Positions 20,001 to 29,205 of a stretch of DNA of 64,000 nt are shown here, one piece after another. The position numbers and the translations under genes were made by a program. Within the stretch, counting starts at the first letter, position 1; every line of letters starts with the position of its first letter. The stretch spans positions 1,760,001-1,824,000 of the forward strand of contig OZ245011.1 of NCBI GenBank assembly GCA_965223665.1, written 5' to 3'. Source of the DNA: Nitrospinaceae bacterium. GTDB lineage: Bacteria > Nitrospinota > Nitrospinia > Nitrospinales > Nitrospinaceae. Under the pieces are notes generated by a model. That model was not told where the DNA came from. It made no database searches and was given only the letters and a program-made list of their open reading frames with translations.

Positions 20001-20862
20001 TAATAAATTGCTCTACTTCTTCTCGAGTTCCTTTCAAGGTTCCAGCTTCTTCGAATCTAACTAAATAAGAATTTGATTGTGAAAGATAACCAACAATGTT
20101 TATGGAATCTGGGTTCGATAATCCAAAAGACAGCCCCACTTCCTTAACAATTTTATTAACCTGTTTAGCAGTAGTACCTTTTTGGGCTCTTATGATTACC
20201 TCGTTGGAAAAGAATTTTTCTTTTTTATTTGGCCCACCTACCAGCTTTTTTATTTCTGAAGATGGATAACCAATTGGAATATTGGTAATGGGGAAAACGG
20301 TGGTTTTAGACCTTAAAATTCTTCCATTATGAATTGTGCTGTAACGAAAGTATTTTTCATTTTCTTCGGCACCACGTATTTCTAGAGGCTCCTGCCCCGT
20401 ATAAAACTGGTTCCCTGCTTCTTTATCAGGGGCCTTGCCATCGTCGAGAAGCTTTCTATGCGCCTCACTATTTTTAATCAACACATTATCTTTATCAACT
20501 TCTTCTAGGCAGATAAACTTGGGAGGAGAGTCGGTGGGAATAACCCGGGTTCCAATATTTAACGTGATTATCTTTTCTTCATTCGGTTTATTAGGGTCCA
20601 ATGCGAGTCCCGATGGAGAAAACGTAGGTGGGTTGAGGTAAAATTGCTTCGGTAGCGATTCCTTGCCTGGCCGATTTGGCGAAGGATCTTTTGGATCTGT
20701 ATCCGTAGGCATCCCCGCATCTATTATGGGACAATTTTTTGTGGAGCTATCTTGAGTATCTGGAATTTGTTGGCGAGTGGGATCCTGGGCCAAAATGGAA
20801 GCTGGCGCGAAACAGAACCCAACTTGTATTAAGATGGTTAAGCCTAATAAATAAATTCTCAT
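17077..20862 (-). CDS. Secreted S8 subtilase + vWA domain protein
   Basis: VAVLEAG, HHGNKVA, SAGN and GASWAVPLVSG (S8). VLDQSGSM...GTP...FTDG (MIDAS). DDG..PD..AG anchor-X-like motif and Ig-like C-terminus. Confidence 0.85.
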   Translation of the reverse strand: MRIYLLGLTILIQVGFCFAPASILAQDPTRQQIPDTQDSSTKNCPIIDAGMPTDTDPKDPSPNRPGKESLPKQFYLNPPTFSPSGLALDPNKPNEEKIITLNIGTRVIPTDSPPKFICLEEVDKDNVLIKNSEAHRKLLDDGKAPDKEAGNQFYTGQEPLEIRGAEENEKYFRYSTIHNGRILRSKTTVFPITNIPIGYPSSEIKKLVGGPNKKEKFFSNEVIIRAQKGTTAKQVNKIVKEVGLSFGLSNPDSINIVGYLSQSNSYLVRFEEAGTLKGTREEVEQFIIEFQNVKYKNEIKKASPNYFVPPTSSHWWIDTVGGFNLRPESFPIAESILFGKGAGVAVLEAGTPCGGGGDACPSGGVIPFESGVENINMENLVCYNHYVNPGQLVHGGNHHGNKVAALITGNPASDNVDEGIAPNTTLYRIDRNLGDFQLEGAIYCAREAHDHQDHQIDVINISAGNAQNVPEIRDALCHAVCGNILVTASAGNIEVSPNGMGICTVSEEEAGYPGRYGYGSSFDCTTPCSVNLAARILTVGGTDRNDNRGDSCRAEVEGNLKTKIGEIYAPGWDLPEANDAGGPLDYGASWAVPLVSGCAAVLAATNREWKNSTLTPEEIHAILLDNADTMPSISGAEMDWPEPKFLNCLRTIYDQTDIAFVLDQSGSMGSGMPSRWDKIGGSAQQFATMISQVAPPNSRLGSVRFHRIGNDLTEPSIIDDSSNAVLTVNSEFSGSFPTGGTPLGSGLKAGLGLIDDPMADDKNVVVLFTDGRQNGSGDQVVLNGCQYGDGISDPMPIHNGGCSPKAKIITVGIDTNVGMTYHTILQQLASSSGGDYIVTTDGNFFDNLGGITTCNGTMSAIFDCALGPALYGNSPQMITVDTVKFSGGPHSATLPFFDVNKVSQLLVKVSLSKNISRQKILEIKNGIRFKRNSVDVTEFFQPIFSEGPTNFILFKTFFSKRIKGEIVSMEPQGKYSIEINKPKGPPLDYRVVVYGDDHRLDMTWSVNPSSPRVNQPFVPNVSLSWRGQPIKDATVKAIILQPGDDVGDLLAKHEHKVKDLNKKPDAESAGQQKYEFLLKNDSKFLKQLQRTENSTLLKHQGNGQYTASFKPFGISGVYHVIYYATNKSKEMGDIQRTALQSVYVRFDAIDPDNSSLNVKSLGTPGSSNNRLIKIELRPKRKDGRFIGPAQGSGFKVAGNNIRLQKVTDHQNGGYTLDLVGDPETNFSLSLLDEIIYEGQVSRFGKKNGFQRFFDWFKNIFK

Positions 20863-21083
20863 CGGTTTACCCTCCCCCTAAGAATTCATTATTCCAAATT
20901 TCCTATTGGTATCGGAATATTACTATAACTAAATTAGATAGCAAGCGAAATTATTACTAAACCAAACCTTTTTGATTATATTTCGGGTAGCGGAACTTTG
21001 TGCTGCCCTACCAGGCAATTCATTGTGGGCAAATGGAGATTAAATGGAGTGAAGATAATTTTGAAAGGATATTACTTGATGGG

Positions 21084-21539
21084 CTATTTCTTTTCCTTAT
21101 TTTTATTTTCGAGATGGTGTTCAAACCAAAGGGTATTTTCCCGTGAGATGACCCGTTCCACCCGGCCGACAAAAAGGGCTTCTTTATCTTCTGCCTCTTT
21201 ATAATCCCCAAGGCTTGCCTGATAAAGATATTTTTCTTTCCTCAAAGTTTCACAGGTGGTTCGATAGTTGATCCAATTCTCCTGGTATTTAAAGGTCTTA
21301 ATAGCCGCGGAACAAATGGTGACCAAAAGAGAAGTCACAATGGCCAATCGGCTCAATTGAAAATCTTTGAAAAAATCTATATGTAATTCGATTAAAACAG
21401 GAGTGAGTGCCGAGAAGATAATGATTATCCACTGGAGACGTTTATAAACCTTTTGATTATGGAGGGATTTTTTATCGTACCAATTGACCTGGTCGTCATA
21501 ACGTTCACTTAAAAATTTGGAAAAAGTTTCTTGGTCCAT
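21084..21539 (-). CDS. DUF4231 / SLATT-family two-TM protein
   Basis: QVNWYDKKS, two TMs, YQENWINYRTTCETLRKEKYLY, FVGRVE. Probable start ATG 21539 (track ORF starts at 21599). Confidence 0.85.
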   Translation of the reverse strand: MDQETFSKFLSERYDDQVNWYDKKSLHNQKVYKRLQWIIIIFSALTPVLIELHIDFFKDFQLSRLAIVTSLLVTICSAAIKTFKYQENWINYRTTCETLRKEKYLYQASLGDYKEAEDKEALFVGRVERVISRENTLWFEHHLENKNKEKK

Positions 21540-22064
21540 AACAACCCTATGTTTAATTGAATTCGGAACAAGTTTTTGACTGAAAGAGTCAATCCTCATT
21601 TTTTAGTTAAAGTCTAAATTTTCATTACGGTTGTACCATATTTAGTGTCCTCAGAATAGGAAATAGTTTCAAGGGTACGGCCAAAGTGGAGCCAATAAAA
21701 ATCCGGCTAACCGATTATAATTATCATTGACGAGTATGAGTTTTCATCCCCGGTTCTTAAGGAGATCCTTGCGTAACCACAAAATTGGAAAACCTCTGGA
21801 GGTGAATCACCCCAACCAGGCAACGCCTGGAGGAAGCATGAATTTCCTAAGGTTCTTTTCAGTTTGTCTATCCGTCAACTTCTGAATATCCTTTTTGCCT
21901 CCAACCCCTAGGTTGGGAAAGAGGGAGAACATGGATCTCCGCTCTTTTACTGGACTTGTTTGTTCAATAATCCTTGGTTGTGCAAAGGTCTCGTTCATAA
22001 GGGGTCGAAAAGATTCCTTATTATATAAACCGTTGTTTAAATCTTCCCCAAGTGGGATCGAAAA

Positions 22065-22238
22065 TAAGGAAAATTTTATTTCATCCTAAAGGTTGGGTAA
22101 AATAAGACACTTTTTGGGAACGTGCGCAACCCGAAAACAGGTTCCCGATTTTAACAGCACGACTCTAATTCTATGAAACGAAAATTCAATTCGATTTCAG
22201 TTGAAAAAGCTTCCGGAGACTCGCAGAATTTTTCCCAG
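22065..22238 (+). repeat. Direct repeat copy 2 (upstream region and first ~21 codons of the intact gene)
   Basis: Direct comparison with 11320-11492. Confidence 0.95.
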
Positions 22239-23012
22239 CAAAAACTGTATCGTTCCCTGAGAAAGGCCGGGGCTTCTAAAGATTTGGCGGATAGAATTCT
22301 GATTATTTTGCAGGATCAAATTTACTCCGGCATGCCCACCCATAAACTGTTTCGCAAGGCGTATCAACTGCTCTATAAGGAAGCGCGTTCCCTGGCCGCC
22401 CGCTACAGTTTGAAAAAAGCCATTATGCAATTGGGCCCTTCCGGGTACCCTTTTGAAAAAATGATAGCGGCGATCTTTGCTCAGCAGGGTTATAAAACCC
22501 GAGTCGGTCAAACTTTAAAAGGCAACTGCGTCAATCATGAAGTGGATGTGGTTGCCCAGAAAAATAACCATCGATTGATGGTCGAGTGTAAGTTCCGTAA
22601 CGATTCCGGAAAAAAGAGCGATGTCAAGGTGACCTTATACGTATACGCGCGGTGGCTGGACCTGAAGAAAAATAAAGACCACAGCTCCTTTAACGAATTT
22701 TGGTTAGCAACCAATACCAAGTTTACGAAAGATGCCATTCGTTATGGTAATTGTGTGGGTTTAAAATTACTGGGATGGGATCATCCCAAGGGTAAAAGTT
22801 TAAAAGATCTCATTCAGTTGGCACAAATCCACCCCATCACCTGTCTGACCAGCCTCAAATCTTTCGAAAAAGACAAACTGATCAAACAAAAGATCATTCT
22901 CTGTAAAGAAGTGCTGCAACGTCCCGAATTGCTATCTCGAATAGGATTTCAGGATTCAAGAATCAGTCGCGTTTTAGAAGAAATAACCGCCTTAACAGAA
23001 CCCCCGGTCTAA
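22173..23012 (+). CDS. ATP-cone + Mrr-like restriction-endonuclease-fold protein
   Basis: VEKASG...F..QKLYRSL (ATP cone), LGPSGYPFEK, HEVDVVA, MVECKF, TNTKFT. Confidence 0.88.
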   Translation: MKRKFNSISVEKASGDSQNFSQQKLYRSLRKAGASKDLADRILIILQDQIYSGMPTHKLFRKAYQLLYKEARSLAARYSLKKAIMQLGPSGYPFEKMIAAIFAQQGYKTRVGQTLKGNCVNHEVDVVAQKNNHRLMVECKFRNDSGKKSDVKVTLYVYARWLDLKKNKDHSSFNEFWLATNTKFTKDAIRYGNCVGLKLLGWDHPKGKSLKDLIQLAQIHPITCLTSLKSFEKDKLIKQKIILCKEVLQRPELLSRIGFQDSRISRVLEEITALTEPPV

Positions 23013-23401
23013 ATTTTCACTCTTCCCTATAATCACGTGCCATCAAAGGAAAACAGACTCTAAACCTTTTATTAAACAGTGCCTTATAGAGTGCCATATT
23101 GTTAAAATCAGTTTACAATCTGAACTAAATATTTTTTTGTAATAATTGTTTTTACCAAGGTTTTCTTCATTATTAAGTTGTTTGGATTAAGAATTCCCCA
23201 AATCCCCCCTAATTAGGCTGCAAAACTACCAAAAATCAAACCTTTTCCTAATTATTCTTTTTCGTAATAACGAAGTTTTTGGTATGCTACCCTTCGTGAA
23301 AGGATGGTTGCCTGAGATTTAATCGAATGTAACGGAATTCTTTTCCATTATTTTTCTGCCTTCAATTAACTGGCTCGCTGGTTCATTTACGGAGAACCAT
23401 A

Positions 23402-25885
23402 GTGCACTTAACAACGATTTTCAAATTGTTCTTAATTGTGACCTTAAGTCTTTTCTCTGTGATTGGATATTCTTCCTACAAAATGAGCCAAAGTGAAATC
23501 TATCAAATTAACGCCCTGAACAATCAGAAAAAACTGGAAGCTTTAGGGGAACAGTTGGCTTCCGGATCGGACTATTTAACGAGTCAAGTGAGAAGGTATG
23601 TTCAGTTTGGAGCCATAGAATATTTTCATAACTTTTGGAAAGAAGTTAATGAAACGAAAACCCGAGAAGTGATTGATGACTTGATCGCATTGAAAGCCCT
23701 TCCCTCAGAAATAAATCTCATTAAGGAATCCAAGGCGGTTTCTGACAATTTGATTAACACCGAAATACTGGCGATGGACGCAGTGAAGCAGGGAGATTAC
23801 ACTCAGGCCAGAAAACTGGTTTTTGGCGGCTATTATGACAGTCAAAAAGAAATCATCATGGGAAAAATAAAGAGTTTTCAAAATGCCATCTATTTAAGAA
23901 CCAACAAGGTGGTGCGGGAAGCCCAGGACCAAACGGTTTTTTTCATGAAATTGACCAATATTCTTTTAGTCATTTCCGGTGGGCTGATCCTTTTTGCCTT
24001 GGTGGGAATTACCAGGAAACGAATCATTGTACCCATTCGAAAGTTATCGGGAATGATGAACGAGGTTTCCGCGGGAAATTTGGAAGCACAAATTCCCCTG
24101 GGAAAACCCAAAGATGAAATTTACCATATGACGACCACCTTCAATGAGATGGTGAAAAATGTAAAAAATGTAAAAGAACGAGAAGAATCTTTTCTGCGCA
24201 ATCGAGAAAAAATTGCCAAGCTGATTAAAGAAGTAGCTTCCGCCGCTAACCTGGCCAAGTCCATACAAGAAGTGATTTATTCCGCGTTGTCCCACATCGC
24301 CCAATACAAGGACTGGCCGGTAGCCAATGCTTATCAGGTGATTAAGAAAGACAATGAAAATATATTGGTTCCCACCGGAATTTGGAAATTCAAGGAAGAA
24401 AAACCTTATAAAGAATTCAAGGCCATCACTGACAAAACCTCCTTTAAACCCGGGAAAGGATTACCGGGAAGAGTCTACCAGCAAAAACGAGCGGCGTGGA
24501 TTGAGGATATTTCCCAAGACGAAAACTTTCCTCGTAATAAGTTAATGAAAAACATTAATTTGAAAAGCACTTTTGCGTTTCCGGTGTTTGTAAAAAAAGA
24601 AGTGGTTTACGTTCTTGAATTTTTTTCTAAGGAAATGGAAAACCCTAATAAAGAGCTACTGGATTCTATCGATCAAATTGGAATCGAAATTGGCATTGCC
24701 ATTGAAAGAAGACAGAGTGCAGTGGACCTTCATCGTGCATGGCAGGTGGCCGAAAAAGCTAACAAAGCTAAATCCGAATTCCTGGCCCGGATGAGTCATG
24801 AACTACGAACTCCTATGAATTCTATTTTGGGGTTCACGCAATTGCTGGAAAGAGATCACCAGAATCCTCTGGCCGATTACCAACTTCAAAATATAAAAAT
24901 TATTCATTCGGCCGGCACTCACCTTTTGGATTTAATCACAGAGATACTGGACCTCTCTAAAATTGAAGCGGGTCATTTAAATATTGACCTTAAAGTTCTG
25001 GATTTGGCAGAAATTGTTGAAAGAGTCATTTCCATATCTGAACCGTTGGCAGTGCCCAATAGTATTAATTTACGCTTCGAAAATTTTCTAAAGGAAAGAC
25101 ACTTAGTAGAAGCTGACCCGCTCCGCCTCAATCAGGTCATTGTGAATCTGATTTCCAACGCTATTAAATTCAATAAGCCTGGCGGATCGGTTATCATTTC
25201 ATTTGATTTTCCTAAAGAGGGACATATTCGATTAGTGGTTAAAGATGAGGGCAAAGGCATTCTGGAGCATCAACAGAAAAAATTATTCCAACCCTTCGAA
25301 CGCCTGGGGATTGATGCCGATGGCATAGAGGGAACCGGGATTGGGTTGGCTATTTCCAAAAGGCTGATGGACCTGATGGGAGGTACCATTGGAATGGAAA
25401 GTGTTTTAGGGAAGGGAAGTTCCTTTTTCATCGACTTGCCTTTGACTTCTAAAAAGCCTTGTAATAAAAATGAAACAGACACCGAAATTATACCTTCCCC
25501 GGAAATTCCTTCACCTAAAAGAAAAATCCTGTATGTGGAAGACACGCAACATAATATTGATTTAATAGAACAGGTTTTTTCTATTCAACCTGAGATGGAA
25601 CTGGTATCCGCTTTGACAGGAAAAGAAGGCATTGCCTTAACTCAGCATCAAAACTTTGATTTAATCCTCCTCGATATTCACCTGCCGGATATGAATGGGT
25701 TCAAAATATTTGAAAGAATAAACCAGGATCCCGCAACCAAACACATTCCAATAATCGCTTTGTCAGCGGATGCTATGGCGGACAAAATTCACCAAGCGTT
25801 AGAAATGGGTTTTTATTCTTACCTTACGAAACCCATCGACATTGCCAAGTTGTTAAACACAGTCCACGAAGCCATGAAAAAGTGA
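23402..25885 (+). CDS. Hybrid histidine kinase (periplasmic sensor-HAMP-GAF-HisKA-HATPase-REC)
   Basis: Two TMs, GKGLPGRV (GAF), MSHELRTPMN, NAIKF, GTGIGL, LLDIHLPDMNG. Confidence 0.93.
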   Translation: MHLTTIFKLFLIVTLSLFSVIGYSSYKMSQSEIYQINALNNQKKLEALGEQLASGSDYLTSQVRRYVQFGAIEYFHNFWKEVNETKTREVIDDLIALKALPSEINLIKESKAVSDNLINTEILAMDAVKQGDYTQARKLVFGGYYDSQKEIIMGKIKSFQNAIYLRTNKVVREAQDQTVFFMKLTNILLVISGGLILFALVGITRKRIIVPIRKLSGMMNEVSAGNLEAQIPLGKPKDEIYHMTTTFNEMVKNVKNVKEREESFLRNREKIAKLIKEVASAANLAKSIQEVIYSALSHIAQYKDWPVANAYQVIKKDNENILVPTGIWKFKEEKPYKEFKAITDKTSFKPGKGLPGRVYQQKRAAWIEDISQDENFPRNKLMKNINLKSTFAFPVFVKKEVVYVLEFFSKEMENPNKELLDSIDQIGIEIGIAIERRQSAVDLHRAWQVAEKANKAKSEFLARMSHELRTPMNSILGFTQLLERDHQNPLADYQLQNIKIIHSAGTHLLDLITEILDLSKIEAGHLNIDLKVLDLAEIVERVISISEPLAVPNSINLRFENFLKERHLVEADPLRLNQVIVNLISNAIKFNKPGGSVIISFDFPKEGHIRLVVKDEGKGILEHQQKKLFQPFERLGIDADGIEGTGIGLAISKRLMDLMGGTIGMESVLGKGSSFFIDLPLTSKKPCNKNETDTEIIPSPEIPSPKRKILYVEDTQHNIDLIEQVFSIQPEMELVSALTGKEGIALTQHQNFDLILLDIHLPDMNGFKIFERINQDPATKHIPIIALSADAMADKIHQALEMGFYSYLTKPIDIAKLLNTVHEAMKK

Positions 25886-25990
25886 ATCCACTGAAAAATA
25901 ATTTCAATTAAAAAACATAAGAATAAACAAGGTGAGTTTTTAAAGAGAGCCCACAAATTGCATAAAACTTTTGTGAGTTGGAAGTGTCGG

Positions 25991-26917
25991 CTATTTTATT
26001 TTAATGCAGTTTCTTCCATTTTGTTTGGCAGAGTACATCGCTTGATCTGCCCTTTCAAATAACGTTTCCTCAGAATCGGTTTTATTTAAAGAAGTCATTC
26101 CAATGCTTACGGTCACCCTCAACTTCTTACCCTCGTGCATCAAAAATAAATTTTCAATATTTTCCCGAATTTTATCCGCCACTTGTTTTGCGGAATCCAT
26201 AGAAATTCGTTTTAAGAGGACCACAAATTCTTCCCCTCCGTAGCGGAACACTAAATCGGAAGGCCGGATAGAATTGCTTAGAGAAGTGGCGACCAATCGC
26301 AGAATATTATCTCCCACTTTATGTCCGTAACGATCATTAAAACTTTTGAAGTGGTCAATATCCACCACAGCAAGAGCTGTGGGTTCTTCATAGCGTTTAT
26401 ATTCGCGGATCGCTTGCTCAATAGACATGCTATAGGCCGTACGGTTTAATACATGGGTCAGGGAATCGACCAGCGCTTTCGTTTTCCATATTTTTGCTTC
26501 GTCATTTTGATTGGAATTAATCGCATTGATAACCGTGTCAAAAAATAATTCCTTTGAAAAATTTTCCTTTACAATATAATCATGGGCTCCGCCTTTCATA
26601 GCCTGGACAGCAATGGACTCACTGCCATGCCCGGTAAGCATAATGATAGCTCCCTGAAACCCTTTATCATTTATTATTGAAAGAAATTGCAATCCGTCCA
26701 TGTCCGGCAAAGCATAATCCAAAAGAATGCAATCGGGATTTTCTTCCAAGCATAGCTGAATACCTTCTTCACCCGTTTCGCTTATTGAGAACGAGTAATC
26801 GGATATTGTCTCTTTACCCAATTGCCGCAGGTATAAAGCACAGTCATCCGGATTATCCTCGACAATCAAAACTTTTAATTTTTGAATTTTGGAGTCGACC
26901 TCTTTATCAATAATCAT
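25991..26917 (-). CDS. REC-GGDEF diguanylate cyclase (paralog 1)
   Basis: LIVED...LLDYALP receiver, DIDHFK, RPSD I-site, YGGEEF. Confidence 0.93.
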   Translation of the reverse strand: MIIDKEVDSKIQKLKVLIVEDNPDDCALYLRQLGKETISDYSFSISETGEEGIQLCLEENPDCILLDYALPDMDGLQFLSIINDKGFQGAIIMLTGHGSESIAVQAMKGGAHDYIVKENFSKELFFDTVINAINSNQNDEAKIWKTKALVDSLTHVLNRTAYSMSIEQAIREYKRYEEPTALAVVDIDHFKSFNDRYGHKVGDNILRLVATSLSNSIRPSDLVFRYGGEEFVVLLKRISMDSAKQVADKIRENIENLFLMHEGKKLRVTVSIGMTSLNKTDSEETLFERADQAMYSAKQNGRNCIKIK

Positions 26918-26981
26918 TTGAACCTCTTTTCAATTACGACTTATCCTTAAACCCAGGATTCGGCAAAACATTCAAATCCCA

Positions 26982-27908
26982 TTACTTGACTTGAATACAA
27001 TTTCTTCCTCTTTCTTTAGCTAAATACATTGCCTGGTCTGCCCTTTCAAACCATGTTTCTTCCGTATCTTTTTTATTTAGTGAAGTGAGGCCAATAGTAA
27101 TGGTGACTCCCAACTTCTGCCCCTCATGTAAAACCTTTAAATATTCTACATTTTCACGAATTCTTTCAGCCACAACTTGTGCGGACTCGGTATTAATTCT
27201 CTTTAGAAGAATGGTGAACTCTTCTCCACCATAGCGAAACACTAAATCTGATGGTCGAACTGAATTAACGATAGATGCCGCAACGACTTTTAAAACGTTA
27301 TCACCCACTTTATGTCCATATGAATCGTTAAAACTCTTGAAATGATCAATGTCAACCACTGCAAGAACCGTCGGTTCTTCATAACGTTTAAATTGTCGAA
27401 TGGTTTGTTCCATGGACATATTATAAGCAGTTCGGTTTAACGCCCCTGTTAAGGAATCCACCAGAGCTTTCGTTTTCCACTTTTTGGTTTCATCGCCTTC
27501 ATTCGAATCAATCGCGTCAATGACAACATCAAAAAATCCTTTCTTGGAAAACTTTTCCTTAACAATATAATCATTGGCACCCCCTTTGATGGCCTTGACC
27601 GCAACCGACTCGTCCCCCTGCCCTGTCACCATAATGACGGCACCCTGATATCCTTTTTTATTAATTAGCGACAGAAACTCAATCCCATCCATGTCCGGCA
27701 ACATATAGTCAAGCAGGATACAGTCCGGGTTTTCTTCCAAGCAAAGCTGCACTCCCTGCTCCCCCGTTTCACCGATAGAAAATGAAAAATTAGAATTCAC
27801 ATCATTTCCCAATTCGCGCAGGTAGAGGGCGCAATCGTCCGGATTGTCCTCCACAATCAGAATTTTTAAATTCTGAATTTTATTATCCAATGTTTTTTCA
27901 GCGTTCAT
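26982..27908 (-). CDS. REC-GGDEF diguanylate cyclase (paralog 2)
   Basis: Same motifs and same 308-aa length as paralog 1. Confidence 0.93.
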   Translation of the reverse strand: MNAEKTLDNKIQNLKILIVEDNPDDCALYLRELGNDVNSNFSFSIGETGEQGVQLCLEENPDCILLDYMLPDMDGIEFLSLINKKGYQGAVIMVTGQGDESVAVKAIKGGANDYIVKEKFSKKGFFDVVIDAIDSNEGDETKKWKTKALVDSLTGALNRTAYNMSMEQTIRQFKRYEEPTVLAVVDIDHFKSFNDSYGHKVGDNVLKVVAASIVNSVRPSDLVFRYGGEEFTILLKRINTESAQVVAERIRENVEYLKVLHEGQKLGVTITIGLTSLNKKDTEETWFERADQAMYLAKERGRNCIQVK

Positions 27909-28629
27909 TTTCCTCCATCACCTTGGGCCAAAAAAAGCGAAATGTGGCTCCTTCTTTCGACTTAGACTCCAACTCTATGGTTCCCCCGGAATCTTCTATT
28001 ATTTTTTTTGCAATTGGCAACCCCATACCCGTGTTTTCCATTTGACTCTGCGGAATCAAAGATGAAAACACCTTAAATATTTTTTCACTATATTTGGTAT
28101 TAATACCAGGTCCATTATCCTTAACTGAAATTTCAATAAAATTACCTGCCTCCACCGCAAATAATTCAACCCGAGGATGTTCACTATTATTGAACTTAAT
28201 GGCGTTTTCAATCAGACGGCTCAATACCTGCTGGAACTGAGAAAGATCCGTTTTAATTTCCGGTATTTCCGAATGAATCTCAACAGCAACCTCTTCAGGA
28301 AGCTGCAGCTTCTGGATAATGTCCTGAACACATTTTTCGAAGTTTAAAGGTTCAACCTGCAGAGACCCTTTCCCCACGCGGGATAACTCCATCATGCCAT
28401 CAACCATTTTTGTCAGTTTTTCAACTCGATTCTGGATTAACTCCAGGTTTTTCCTGGCTTCTTCAGGAACCTGATCTCCAAAATCTTCTTTAATCCATTC
28501 AGAAAGATTTTTGATGGACCGAATGGGAGCCTTAAAATCGTGCGACACCGTAAACACAAAGTCCTCAAATTCCTTTTGGATTTTTTTTAATTCAGCCAGT
28601 AATTTTTGATCCTGTAATTTTGATGCCAT
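27898..28629 (-). CDS. Sensor-less histidine kinase (HisKA-HATPase only, Cph1-like H-box)
   Basis: VSHDFKAPIR only ~30 aa from the N-terminus, ENAIKF, DNGPGI, TGMGL. Confidence 0.88.
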   Translation of the reverse strand: MASKLQDQKLLAELKKIQKEFEDFVFTVSHDFKAPIRSIKNLSEWIKEDFGDQVPEEARKNLELIQNRVEKLTKMVDGMMELSRVGKGSLQVEPLNFEKCVQDIIQKLQLPEEVAVEIHSEIPEIKTDLSQFQQVLSRLIENAIKFNNSEHPRVELFAVEAGNFIEISVKDNGPGINTKYSEKIFKVFSSLIPQSQMENTGMGLPIAKKIIEDSGGTIELESKSKEGATFRFFWPKVMEENER

Positions 28630-28737
28630 TAGTCTTTCAAAACTTTTTAACTGTGTTATATTTTTAAATGATAGTAATTGAGAACTTTAACCGTTTTCAT
28701 TCCTCAATTTTTCACCTCTTTTTAGAAAGCCTTCCTT

Positions 28738-29154
28738 ATGATTAAATCTCTTTGCATGATTGACGACAACGAAATCGATGTTTACCAGGTTGATCGAATC
28801 ATTAAAAAATCCGGTTCGGTTGAACATTTTTATTCTTTTGCCAACGGCCAAGAAGCTTTGGATCACTTTAACGACCTCAATAAAAGCCAGGAGAAATACA
28901 ACGGATATTTTCCTCCAACTGTTATTCTTCTCGATATCAATATGCCCATTATGGATGGCTTTGAATTCCTTTCTGAATATTCCAAACTTCCCGAAGCAAA
29001 AAAAGAAAGTATCATTGTCATCATGCTCACTTCATCCAATCAACAGAGCGATAAAGAAAAAGCCTCCGAATACTCGGTGATCAAAGACTTTTTTGTTAAG
29101 CCCTTCAAACAGGAAGATATCGAAAAAATCATCCAGATTGCCCAATCCAGTTAA
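28738..29154 (+). CDS. Single-domain response regulator (Rcp1-like)
   Basis: MIDD, LLDINMPIMDGFEFL, MLTSS, KP. Confidence 0.92.
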   Translation: MIKSLCMIDDNEIDVYQVDRIIKKSGSVEHFYSFANGQEALDHFNDLNKSQEKYNGYFPPTVILLDINMPIMDGFEFLSEYSKLPEAKKESIIVIMLTSSNQQSDKEKASEYSVIKDFFVKPFKQEDIEKIIQIAQSS

Positions 29155-29205
29155 GGGTGCTTCCCTTTCAACCTTCATTTTTTGGGTGGAATATTCAGAA
29201 AAAAA

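Noticed and set aside
21807-22089. Short ORFs next to SLATT, examined as a TIR/SLOG partner or integrase remnant
   Set aside because: No recognisable motifs in either orientation.
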